DNA from: Euprymna scolopes
Taxonomy: Eukaryota
Length of the DNA: 64,000 nt
Assembly: GCA_053919585.1 (NCBI GenBank)
Contig: CM132807.1
Reading direction: 5' to 3' (one strand)
In this document: piece after piece, positions 52,992 to 64,000 of the stretch
How positions within the stretch are numbered: position 1 is the stretch's first letter
Layout: each line of letters starts with the position of its first letter
Program-made: the position numbers and the translations under genes
Notes under the pieces: generated by a model
Databases searched by the model: none
What the model was told of the DNA's origin: nothing
What the model saw: the letters and a program-made list of their open reading frames with translations, nothing else

Positions 52992-52992
52992 C

Positions 52993-53029
<37 letters not shown>

Positions 53030-53520
53030 GCAACCGTACGTTATTCTTTTTACACGGAGAGGTGTTGTATTATAGACCAATTTTTACTGATGGGTCTTTA
53101 TCTTTGATTCAACTACACATATTCTTTTCAAATGACGACTTTTATAAACTTTCGACTACGCTGAGTCAAAAAAATCTCAGTTATATGTGGCGGATGCAAG
53201 TAGTTTTGAATAAATCTGATTGTATCCAACCGACTCTGCCGCCCCTAAATCTTTTTCCTGGTGCATAGTGTTTGCGCGTGGGGATCCTCACACCGATTAT
53301 CAAGGTTAAATTAGTGGTAAATATTTGCACACCTCCACTAATAAAACGGGGTGTCTATTCCGAACGGCGTTCAAAACATAAGGATGTTGTCCGTTACCAT
53401 CCCGAAAGCGGTTCTTACAACGCGATCGTTGGGAGGTGTCTATTCCGAAAGCAGTTCTTAACATGAGGAGGTCCATTGTTGAACAACAACAACAACAAAA
53501 ACAACAACAACAACAACAAC
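52992..53520 (+). repeat. Two (CAA)n microsatellites with nearby GGTGTCTATTCCGAA motifs
   Basis: (CAA)n at ~52992-53034 and ~53482-53520; motif copies at 52939, 53348 and 53432. Confidence 0.7.
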
Positions 53521-56500
53521 CGTATATTAATGTTTCTACAAGGGGAGAGTACCATGTTTCCACTGGGTAATGTCGGTTAACAAGTCTTGCTAGTATATAA
53601 AACACAAATGAAATAAAGAAAAATCATGCGATTTGACGTAGCAATATTATTCGTGAACACCTCTCACGGCCGGCACTCTAGTATAGACGTGATACATTTG
53701 CCAAAATCCGACTCAACATTTGGCAACGACAGACAAATTATATATTCTCAGACTCTATCAATCATACAATCTTGACATTTCTATTTTCAATTTTAGTATG
53801 GCACCCTCATGCAAAACGGTGTAGTTATCATCATGAGATTACGATAAAGGCTTCTTGTTGATGAACGCGATTTAATCTGTTTTACTTTAAACTGTTATCA
53901 TTCCTATTGAAATAAATGCCGGGAGATATGTGATTAGTATGATAACTGTCATTTTTTTTTCAATCCGAATAATGACTTTTTCTTAAATCTCCTCGACTAT
54001 TTTTTTCCAAAAGATTTACACATGAAAAAAAAACAAAGAACAAAAACACACAAAAAAACTAGTGTCTGTATTTTTATTATTGTTTTAGTGTTTTTATATA
54101 TAATTATTGAGTGATCATATTTCTGTTGCATAGCTAAATAAGTTGTAATTCTTACTCTCAATGGTAAATCTATTGACTAAACAATGACACTATAATTAAC
54201 ACACTTGATCTACAATTCAATTTCACTTACGTCTTATGTGCTAATAGAATAAGCTTCGCTTGGGTGTTCTTTTCTAAGAGAGGCTTGTTTAAGGGACTTA
54301 TTACAAACGGGCTTCTTCTAAGCTGGTAAGAACAAAATCGTTTTGGAGCAAAACCTTAACAACTTTTTGATCAGTTGGCACGTTATGCCCCTTTATTTAT
54401 AGACAATATCATCTGCACTGATTGGTCTCTCATAAAACATCCATTTAACTTTATCCTTAAGATTTTGATAAGGCATGTCTATATGGTATAAAATGGAAAT
54501 AAAAAGGTAAACATATGCTATATATATTCCTTTTCCATCTATGAATGAGAAATCTTAATTACATTGGGATACATATGGCTGATAATATCAGGTTTCATTA
54601 TAAAAAGAGCTAGATTTAAATTTAATTTAAAACAGACTTTGTGCCTCACACTGTTTCTGTGACAAAGCTATAAAATATGTATACTCTTAGGCATAGATGA
54701 TCATGTACCATAAACGTTGTCGAATCATGTGATCATTTATGTCATGTAAAATAATATCTCATTTATAGAGATCATTTTAGACATAACATGTGAGTTATAT
54801 TACTAATGGGAAGCGATCCGTCCTTATTAGTAGTAATAATGACAGCTCGTGTCAAATTAACTGAATATCATACAGCATTAAATAGTCTACTTTCGCACAA
54901 AAAGCATATGCTATCTCGCGTTAAATACAGAAATTAGACAGAATCATTTAAATGTATCTACAAAATGACAATTATAAAACAACGAGACTGATAATACACC
55001 CAGTGTAAACATTAGTGAATTATTTTGATATATCTTCAGCGGAATCTTATTTGATGAAAAAGCGAAATCTTAATTCGCTTTTAAACATTACTTTAAACTA
55101 TATTTCTCTACTGATTAATGTATTTTTTAATTCGGATTCATATCAGGATTATACTTGGCGGGGCATATATTTTTATTTCATATACAATAATGTTTGAGAT
55201 ATACAGGCTGCGTACAATGTGCAGGTTAATAATTATTAGTTAATGTTCATAGAACACCATGTCTCTGTGAACAATTTACATTGCTAGCATCTAAATTGCC
55301 CCGTTTATAACAGATCATAATTTATATTATTTAGAACCAAAGAAATGTACATTGGTGAAAATACATCTGTTGTATAACAGGAAGAAATGCGATAGATTAA
55401 AACATACAATGGGTATTATTAAATCCCTGGGTAGCAGAAGTAAATAAAAACCGAATATCCAGGTCGTTACACTATGCCGTCGTCATTAGATTCAAGTGAG
55501 AAGATTCGAAATAAAATGTTCGATTACTAAAGTGATTTAATTTCGTGAAATAGAGAGGTAATCTAGTAGCTTTAAAGCATGCTTATATGGTGCAGAAGTC
55601 AAATTTACATATGTTTAGGACAAAATTTCATTACAAAACCACACACATTTAATTTATGCTATTTGAATTTTGAGGCATATTCTTTCCCGTAAGAATATTA
55701 ACTGTGTTCATATATTTTAATAACATATAAACGACTATAAAGCGTTATTAAAAAATCACCCCCTCTTTCACCAATTCAATCGTCTTTCTTTTCGTTTTTG
55801 AAATAGAACAGCGTCATACTTTCCATATGAAACATTTTAAAATATTTGTACTGGTGTTTTTGCTTTCTAAATTTTATCCATCCAAAGAAAGTCCCGAAAT
55901 AAAGACGAAACGTTTATGAACCCATAACTCAGTGTGTTCCTTTTTCATTTTTTATCTCTATTTTGTCGCNNNNNNNNNNNNNNNNNNNNNNNNNNNNNNN
56001 NNNNNNNNNNNNNNNNNNNNNNNNNNNNNNNNNNNNNNNNNNNNNNNNNNNNNNNNNNNNNNNNNNNNNNNNNNNNNNNNNNNNNNNNNNNNNNNNNNNN
56101 NNNNNNNNNNNNNNNNNNNNNNNNNATTTTTTCTGAAAAACTTAAAATACACATCGTCAATATCAGGAGATGTTCAACTATTTCGACGTTTTGTATTGTT
56201 TTGTTTTCAGTTTTTTTTTTTTTTCATTTTCTTTTATTATTTACAACTGGAAAAGTTCATAGAGTGTAACTTTCATGGAAAATTGATAACATGTATCTGT
56301 TCGAATCATTTTTTTTCAGAAATTGAATCTATGTTGCTTATATTTTTACTTTGCCAACAGGAATGCTAGCGAATGAGCGAAGCATAAAAAAATTTCTATA
56401 CTGAATTCTTTTTCCTGAAAGAATGATTATTGCCACTCTTTATAATGTTTAATGCTGATATAATTTGAATACACAATCGAACATGATCGAAAACTGCGGA

Positions 56501-56759
56501 AGAATAAAAGTTCATTCAATTCGTTATAAAAATCATTGAATTGGTTAGGAGGAAAAAATATTGTCTACGCATCTACTTCAATTAATATATCCTTTATTAT
56601 AGTAATGTTTGCGAATATCAACACATTATTAGTTTGGAGCAAAAATAATGTAGCTTTTTTGACGTTAAATTTTAAAAAATCATAATTCTTTTCATAAAAA
56701 ATTTTATTCATCGAAATAAGAACCATTACAATCGTCACATTTTTGCCAATGAGAAACAA

Positions 56760-57660
56760 GTTTATTAATTCCATTAGCATAGAATCAGGAGTTATGAACG
56801 CGAGGAAATTATTGAAGGCCCAGTTCGCATTATCTTGGCTTTTAAAGCATTTTTCGCGCAGGAAGTTGTCGACATCCTTGACAAAGTAAAAATGCGTGGT
56901 CTGAAGGTTCGGTGAAAATTGCTGTTGTCGTGCAAGACAATAGGCTTCTACACATTAACCAATCTCGGCCACATATTTAGAGATTCTGGTGCATTTCGTA
57001 AATTTGTCGGTAGTACAACTCCACTATCGTCGTTTCGCCCGGATTCAAGAAGTTGTGATCGATAAGAGAAGCCGCAGACACCCAAACAGGCACGACACAC
57101 TTATAGCGGGCAATGTAGGCTTCACGATGTGTTGCTGAGCTTCTCAACACCCAATCACTATGCCGAACGTCGTCAGTGGTCGAAGAGGATCCACTTCTAT
57201 TGCACGTCATAATCCGATCGAAAAATATGTCGTTTTGTTATGCAGAACTAGCGGAGAAGACACTGAAAACGACGATTATTTTATTGTCGTTCAATTCATC
57301 TGGCACCCGTTTATTCAACGTTTCGACTCCTCTATTGCGTTTAAAAGGCGAACGACTGTTGTATTGTGGACGTCGAGTAAAACAGCAACTTCCCATATGG
57401 TTTGCGAGAATCAAATTCAATTAAGGCCTTCAAATGTTTGTTATCCACCGCAGTCGGCCGGACGCGACCGCCTTAATCTTGGAGGCTGTCGTCACCATTG
57501 CTAAAAGCTTGAATCACCGTTGTGCGACAGGTTCGTTAGTGTTCATGGAGTAAGCGCAGAGTTGATATCACAGGTAATCTCGGCGGCTTTTCGGCCCGGT
57601 ATGGACTAGATCAAGATCATCGTGCGAATTTGAATTTTTTCAACCATTTTGGAAAGCCTG
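56760..57660 (-). mobile_element. Decayed mariner transposase
   Basis: Minus peptides WVSAASLIDHNFLNPGETTIVELYYRQIYEMHQNL and RVPDELND (WVPHEL-like); many lesions. Confidence 0.75.
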
Positions 57661-57755
57661 CAAAAGAATAATCTAAGGGTTGAGAACGGTCACGAATAAG
57701 AGTATTCTAAAAGGCAAGTAATACTACATGAATTTGTTTATGTGAATACATCCCC

Positions 57756-57820
<65 letters not shown>

Positions 57821-57931
57821 TTTTTTTTCTTCAGAATATAATTATCTAACAATCAACTGGTATGGAAACCTGCCATTTAAAATTTAACCATTTTGCGTCA
57901 TAATTTTTAAAAATGTATTGAATGACTAAAA

Positions 57932-57997
<66 letters not shown>

Positions 57998-58179
57998 ATA
58001 CTGAGTATATAAGCCTATAGATGTAATTACTATATAATTCTTCGAATTGTTACCTACTAGTTAAATTATATGGGAAATATAATCCGTTGTAGAAATTCCG
58101 TATGATATCATACAACGTGCTGACGTTTATAGATGTAAATTTTTTCATGTTAATTCATATGTAATAAAATTATAGTTAC

Positions 58180-58216
<37 letters not shown>

Positions 58217-58528
58217 TATAATGGACTATCTCGTCGATGTAAATATATTAGGTTTCGCCACAACAAGAAAGTTGGTCGGAAATCGACACAGATTCTTTGT
58301 TTATAGTGGTGAAGGCTATGTGTAGAACCAATCCACACTTTTTATTACTTCAAACCTCCGTCAATTTAGATACCTGCCAGAGGGCAGTGTATACAGTAGA
58401 CAAAGGGTCCTTAAATCAGTGTTTCTTTTCCTAGAAAACACGTGTAAATGAAGGCAAGTGGCGTATCTTTCCCAGTTAATTAATGCGCCCCCAGCTACCA
58501 AACTGGTAAGTGTGGAGACATTATGTTG

Positions 58529-58672
58529 AACAAAGATGGCGGTGAAGAAGCAGTGCAGTCCCGATACTGAGTTTGAAATAATTGCCTGTAACAAATATGG
58601 CGTCGAAGAATCGGTGCAGTCCCGATAATGAGTGTGAAGTAATTGCCAGTAACAAAGATGGCGTCGAAGAAT
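58529..58672 (+). repeat. 61-bp tandem repeat, ~2.4 copies
   Basis: AACAAA(G/T)ATGGCG starts at 58529, 58590 and 58651. Confidence 0.85.
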
Positions 58673-59495
58673 CAAATGCCGTTCATGACGTAGACAACTG
58701 CCAACTGATTGAATCCAAAATTCGACAATTTTTATAGTAACTTTGGAAGCTTTTCATTGGTTGGTTGTTATAACTTGTGGTTATAAAAACTGTTGTATTG
58801 TTATCACAAAAAGGGCACTATTGTAAGACCGTCTAAATGTTGCTGTCTATTTGTGATAAATTCATATCTAATTGCTCATATGCAATTGTGTGTGTGACAT
58901 GTATTTTGGACATATCTTAACTTTATGCGACTATTGGTTTTATATAGCTTTTAATCACCTTGCAGGTATCGATCGCAGAAGAATGGAAATTGAATGTATT
59001 TGCTTGCTTGATGAATTCAAAGTCTTATTTTCCTACACGTCAGTACCCCCCAAGTGAAGGGAGATCGCCGACCTCTTAAGACGTCTGTTCTTATCAACAT
59101 CCACACCCAAACACACTGACTTCAGCTAACCTGATCACGTGACTCACATACAGATCCGATCAGCTGCGCCTTACTTCCAGTAAAATGTGTCTACAATATA
59201 ATTTACCATATTTCTTTCTTATGCTCATCCAATTTTCTCAACAAAACGATCGTCAAAATACTTGGTGGCATACCCCTCATTGGGAGTAAAACACATTTAA
59301 CACAGACCTTTTTTATATAATGGATTCAATTGTGTATGACTTGAGAAAAGGAAAAAAAATAAATAAAATAAAAAATAACTTAACAATAAAATAAAAAAAA
59401 TTGGGGGGGATTTGTCTTTATTCTCATTGGTTAAAAAGAATTATTAATATATGTCTATCATGTGCGCAATAAGAAGCCATTTGTTGTAAATCATA

Positions 59496-59537
<42 letters not shown>

Positions 59538-59779
59538 ACCACTTAAAATATACATATGTANNNNNNNNNNNNNNNNNNNNNNNNNNNNNNNNNNNNNNNN
59601 NNNNNNNNNNNNNNNNNNNNNNNNNNNNNNNNNNNNNNNNNNNNNNNNNNNNNNNNNNNNNNNNNNNNNNNNNNNNNNNNNNNNNNNNNNNNNNNNNNNN
59701 NNNNNNNNNNNNNNNNNNNNNNNNNNNNNNNNNNNNCTTTTGTTTAACAACAACTGAAAACATTCTGCAAGGTATTAGT

Positions 59780-61480
59780 TGGGACAGTTTACAATCAATT
59801 ATTTTTAATATATTTTTGTGTGTTATTTGGACTGTTAATGATTCTCTTTTTGGGTTTCTGAAAAGAGATTTATTCATTATTAGATTTCAAAAAGATCGCC
59901 CACAAGATGTTTTAATTTTATCCTATTTATAGGTCTAGAGATAATGTCGGCTATATTATTCTGAGACGTTACATAACTAATACTAATAGATTTTCTACTT
60001 ATGTACTCCCTGATGAAATAATATCTGAATCAATATGATTAGATCTTAGAGGGATCTAGAATTATTAGCTTATAAGTTATTACTCTGGTTGTCACAATGA
60101 ATTACTATAGTTTTTTTACTTAGATATAGTGGGTGGGGGCCACCAGGTCAACTTCACAAGTCACAATTTCAACTTCACAAGTAGAATGCAACAATATTAT
60201 ATTTTTTTAGTTTTCCAAGTGGTCATAGTCCCAGTCTTTGACAGTCTACTTTTTTCTATCGTCGGAGTTACCCCAATCTGAATATGTTCAATTTTTTTTC
60301 TGAATTTAGAAAATATGTTGACTCTTTAAATATTAAAAATTGTGCCTTGCTTCCTTTTAGATAACAAAGGATTTGTTTTTCACGAGTAAGAGTCTTATTT
60401 GTCGGTCTCGATAAGTTTTTAGATAACTTTGTTACAGTGTAACATATATCAGGTATAGTTGCTGTCATCAAGTAGATGGGGTTACCAATCATTTTTACGT
60501 ATAATCGATCATCTATTAATTTTTTTTGCGGTTTCTATTTTTTTCATTTATATCCATCAAACGGCAGTTGTACGCGGTTTGCAATCTTGCATTCCGAACT
60601 TAAGGAGCTTTTTTTTTAATTGCCGTGATTGGTTCATTGTTATATTTTCATTTTCACAGGTAAATGTTATAGCGATGATATATGACAGTCGTCAAAGATT
60701 GACAATTTTATTTTTTTTTATTTAATATATTTTTAACCTGGTTTAACATTTTGTAACAATTTGAGGCGAGTTATATATATCGTAACCTTCCTCCCCCCAC
60801 AAAATCAACAATTTATTACCTACATTTTTGGAGTACATGCACGCGTCCACGGGGCATTGCTTTAATTCTAGCTCTATTAAATAATTATGGAGTGTAAAAT
60901 TCCAATTCTGAGCTCTTTGTCTTAGTCCATATAACGATTTGTTCAGTTTCCACACGAAGTGTTTAATTTTCATTTTAAATCCCTCTGGAGGGAAAATATA
61001 GATTTCATAGTCAATCGCCTAAAGAAGCATTTTTACATCCATTTGATGTCTTTTTATATTGTTCAGCGGCAAATGGTAATACAATTCTAAATGTCGTTAA
61101 ACTTGTCGGTGGTGAAAATTTGGCAAACTATTCCAATCCAGAAATTTGTGAAAAACCTTTCGCAACAAATCTTGCTTTAAAAGTTTCACTGCCAGAAAAT
61201 GTGATTATTTTGGAAAAACACAGCGTGAAAAAAGTGTATACTTATCTGTTGCTTTTGCCACTGTTTCGTATGTGCTATTTCCAGATAAAGCTTTCAATTC
61301 GGATACCACAGCTTTTTTTCCATTCTTGGTGATTTTCTGAATTAATCGCCTCATTATAGCTTTCCGATGCGCTTTTCAACGAGTAACAGCAATCCACTGC
61401 GTAGTCTTGTATCTTTTCAATTTTAAAGAAATCTGGCATATTGGGCTCCTTTATCGGTATCGACATGTCCGATTAATAAG
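59780..61480 (-). mobile_element. Decayed Ty1/copia pol (RT and RNase H)
   Basis: Minus peptides ESYNEAINS, FKARFVAKGFSQ, VWKLNKSLYGLRQ, CPVDACMY, IYLMTATIPDICYTVTKLS, YVTSQNNIADI. Confidence 0.85.
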
Positions 61481-61704
61481 AAAGTTTTTGAACTAATTGA
61501 TTATTTTTCTTAATGGGATTTATGAGGAGTTGCTATGAGAATTAGTAAAAAAATATAAGTACCTGAATTTCAAATAATTAAAACTCTATAGATGTCGCGT
61601 AGCGAAAAAAATAATAATGCTATTTTAAAATAAACTGTATTTTGTTATTAATTATTAACAGATAATTTGATGATTAAGTGAAGGGTTTAATTCATTTTTA
61701 TAAG

Positions 61705-61802
<98 letters not shown>

Positions 61803-62269
61803 CTACATAACATCAGAAGTGCAACACTTTGAGGCTGGCCAGTACAAGATGGATAACCATTATGCGAATGGTAGGCGTCCTACATCTTGAAAACAATTCC
61901 TGAATCTAGTGGCACACTTGGTCTACAGTCTGTGAATTTACAAGAATTTCTAGAAAGAAGGTATTGTATTGTTAGTAAAATGCGCCTTTATTAATCGATT
62001 TTTTCTTGTTTTTTTTTTTTATTTCCTATTTACTTGTATATTAGCAATATTGGAATCACTAAAAGTACATTAGTAATTTAATCTACAAAGATTGAAAAGT
62101 AGTGGTTTTCGCAAAAAATAATGAAAATATATTTTAGGGGGGTATCTTAAAGATACTCATGATTTAACGAATGTCGCATTTTAAAACACAAGAGATGAAA
62201 ATAAAAAAAATAAACACATTCAAAATTCGGATTTTCAACCTGAAAATTTTATACGTGCACACATATATA

Positions 62270-62473
62270 CAGGGGGAATCAAATAAAACGGTCCCCAACT
62301 CTAATTAGGTCTCGTTTCTTAGTGTCTTGTCAGAATAAAATTAAACTTTGGTTATAACTAGTTTATTATATGCAAAACATCACATCAAAATATTTGGGTC
62401 TTTGCCCCTTTTTCTCCGTTTTACAGTATATGTTCTAGATGGCCTCCATTTAGTTTTTGTTGTTGGTCACTCC

Positions 62474-62474
<1 letters not shown>
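62270..62474. mobile_element. Tc1/mariner MITE, inverted copy of the 34328-34537 family
   Basis: The reverse complement shares GAGGCCATCTAGAACATAT, TTTTGATGTGATGTTTTG and AATAAACTAGTTAT; TA flanks on both sides. Confidence 0.8.
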
Positions 62475-62556
<82 letters not shown>

Positions 62557-64000
62557 GAAAAAAGTACATCATTATAAAGTTCATATTTCACTTAATAATC
62601 ATGAAAGGTTCGTATCGATTGGATATTGATTGTACTTTTGGTAGATTCTTAAACAGATACTTCGTAAGAAAAATACTCCCTTTTCCCGTCTTGGGCCTGC
62701 ATTGTTAAACAAGTGTTAATCCTAAATATTTGCTTTTGATTAACAAAACATGACACCAAGAAACACAGAACATAAAATATCTTCATCAATATAATAGTTA
62801 TACCATACTAGTTTTACAACGATTAATATGCCTGTTCAAATAGTGCTGCAATGAATAATAGTAATAGTATTAATGTTATCTAAATAATATCTCTCGTTAA
62901 GCTTAATAATACTAATGTATATTCGCTTTAGCTCTAAAACTGTAGTAAGTTAATAAGAGACATTGGGGTCCTTGTCGTGCTAGCATTATGTACAATAGTC
63001 CTAACGTTTAAAGAAAGCTAATGCAATTTACCGTGGGCGTTAAATTAAATATGCCCGTTTTAAAGCTGCTTGGCTCGTACCTACTGAAACAATTAACTGA
63101 TCATTTGAATTGCCGTTTTTAGTTATTCAGAAAGTCACTAATTAACCAATCAAAATGACTGCAGTATAATAATCATTATTTCGAACCATTAGCAACCATG
63201 TATCGGCAAACTGTCGCCATAGCTTTATATAATCCTCATGCAATTAGTAGACAGAGCATGCATTTGGATTTTATTATCTCTTGTACTTCTAATATTCTCA
63301 AATGTCTCATAATCACATATCCCCCTTTTTATGTTGTTTAATATCACCTCCACTCTCTTAAAGTACGGGTGATATTAATATTCGTTGCTGTTCTTTTAAC
63401 TTTCAGTAAGATTTAGGCTGATTAAGATTGCAGTATTTAATGGTTGTTAAGCGCCGAATATTTTCGTCACTACCCGTTTTTGTTAATCTTTTATTTATTT
63501 TTTAATTGGAATTGTTTAGTAAGGACTATCGGCAACTCTAAGATATATGTCACTACGTGTTTAGTAGATTCAGCAGGAACTTAGTACATTAGACTCTTAA
63601 ACAGCCAGGTTATATCCACATGGGTAGCAATCCCACGAGATTCTTTTCCATAGTTGGATGGTTCTAAAAAACTAATTTCGACAAATGAGATTTTAATTTA
63701 GTTTTAAGCACACATATAGAGAAAATCTTTCTAGAAAAATGAGTGTTTGTTGCAAAGGTTTTACAGAGAGAGAATACAGATTGAAGTTCAGTCGAACACC
63801 TACCAGAAAATTTAGGATAGAAAAATATACTCGCAAGTAATTAGGCTTCGGTGCCTTTGGGGTCCAGCATAAGCAAACCTATATTCATCATCGAACTTCA
63901 AAACCAAATTCTTCGTTCATTGGTCGAAATCTATCAGACGATACTACAATCTAAGACAATCTTCAAAACCGGATAATAGTCAGTATCTCATAAATTATCA

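Larger units (their letters stand above)
8002..62552. repeat. Numerous long (TA)n and (CA)/(GT)n microsatellites dispersed through the window
   Basis: Examples near 9746, 15340, 17050, 20920, 21785, 23585, 27410, 31170, 34685, 39005, 45535, 46695, 48075, 50720, 57760, 61710 and 62475. Confidence 0.95.

Noticed and set aside
58529-58672. CRISPR-like array (61-bp period)
   Set aside because: Whole units are repeated with no unique spacers, the context is eukaryotic, and there are no cas genes.
1608-60020. Other CTGATGA/TCATCAG heptamers (e.g. near 1611, 2244, 18023, 43581, 49120, 51054, 60010) as hammerheads
   Set aside because: No pairable stem II followed by GAAA.
2169-62629. Many ORFs made of X runs or YI/CV/HT dipeptide repeats
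   Set aside because: Artefacts of N-gaps and microsatellites.

Overview
AT-rich eukaryotic (invertebrate, probably arthropod) scaffold with many short N-gaps and dense (TA)n/(CA)n microsatellites. I recognise no intact host gene; the window is essentially a transposable-element graveyard. Contents: a hAT MITE with an 8-bp TSD; a decayed R4/Dong-like RLE non-LTR retrotransposon; a full-length IR/DR Tc1 element whose open 340-aa transposase has the catalytic Glu changed to Ala; about eight CR1/Zenon-like LINE pieces; two mariner relics; Penelope-like elements with minimal hammerhead motifs; two solo LTRs of one family; non-autonomous Helitrons; a THAP fragment; two copies of a Tc1 MITE; a 500-bp foldback; and a copia relic. 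The most unusual item is a ~376-bp tandem unit at 49.7-50.4 kb that joins a tRNA-Ala(CGC)-derived Pol III head, a type I hammerhead ribozyme and a 5S rRNA-derived segment, i.e. a retrozyme-like chimeric element. All calls come from reading the sequence by eye; no searches or folding programs were run.
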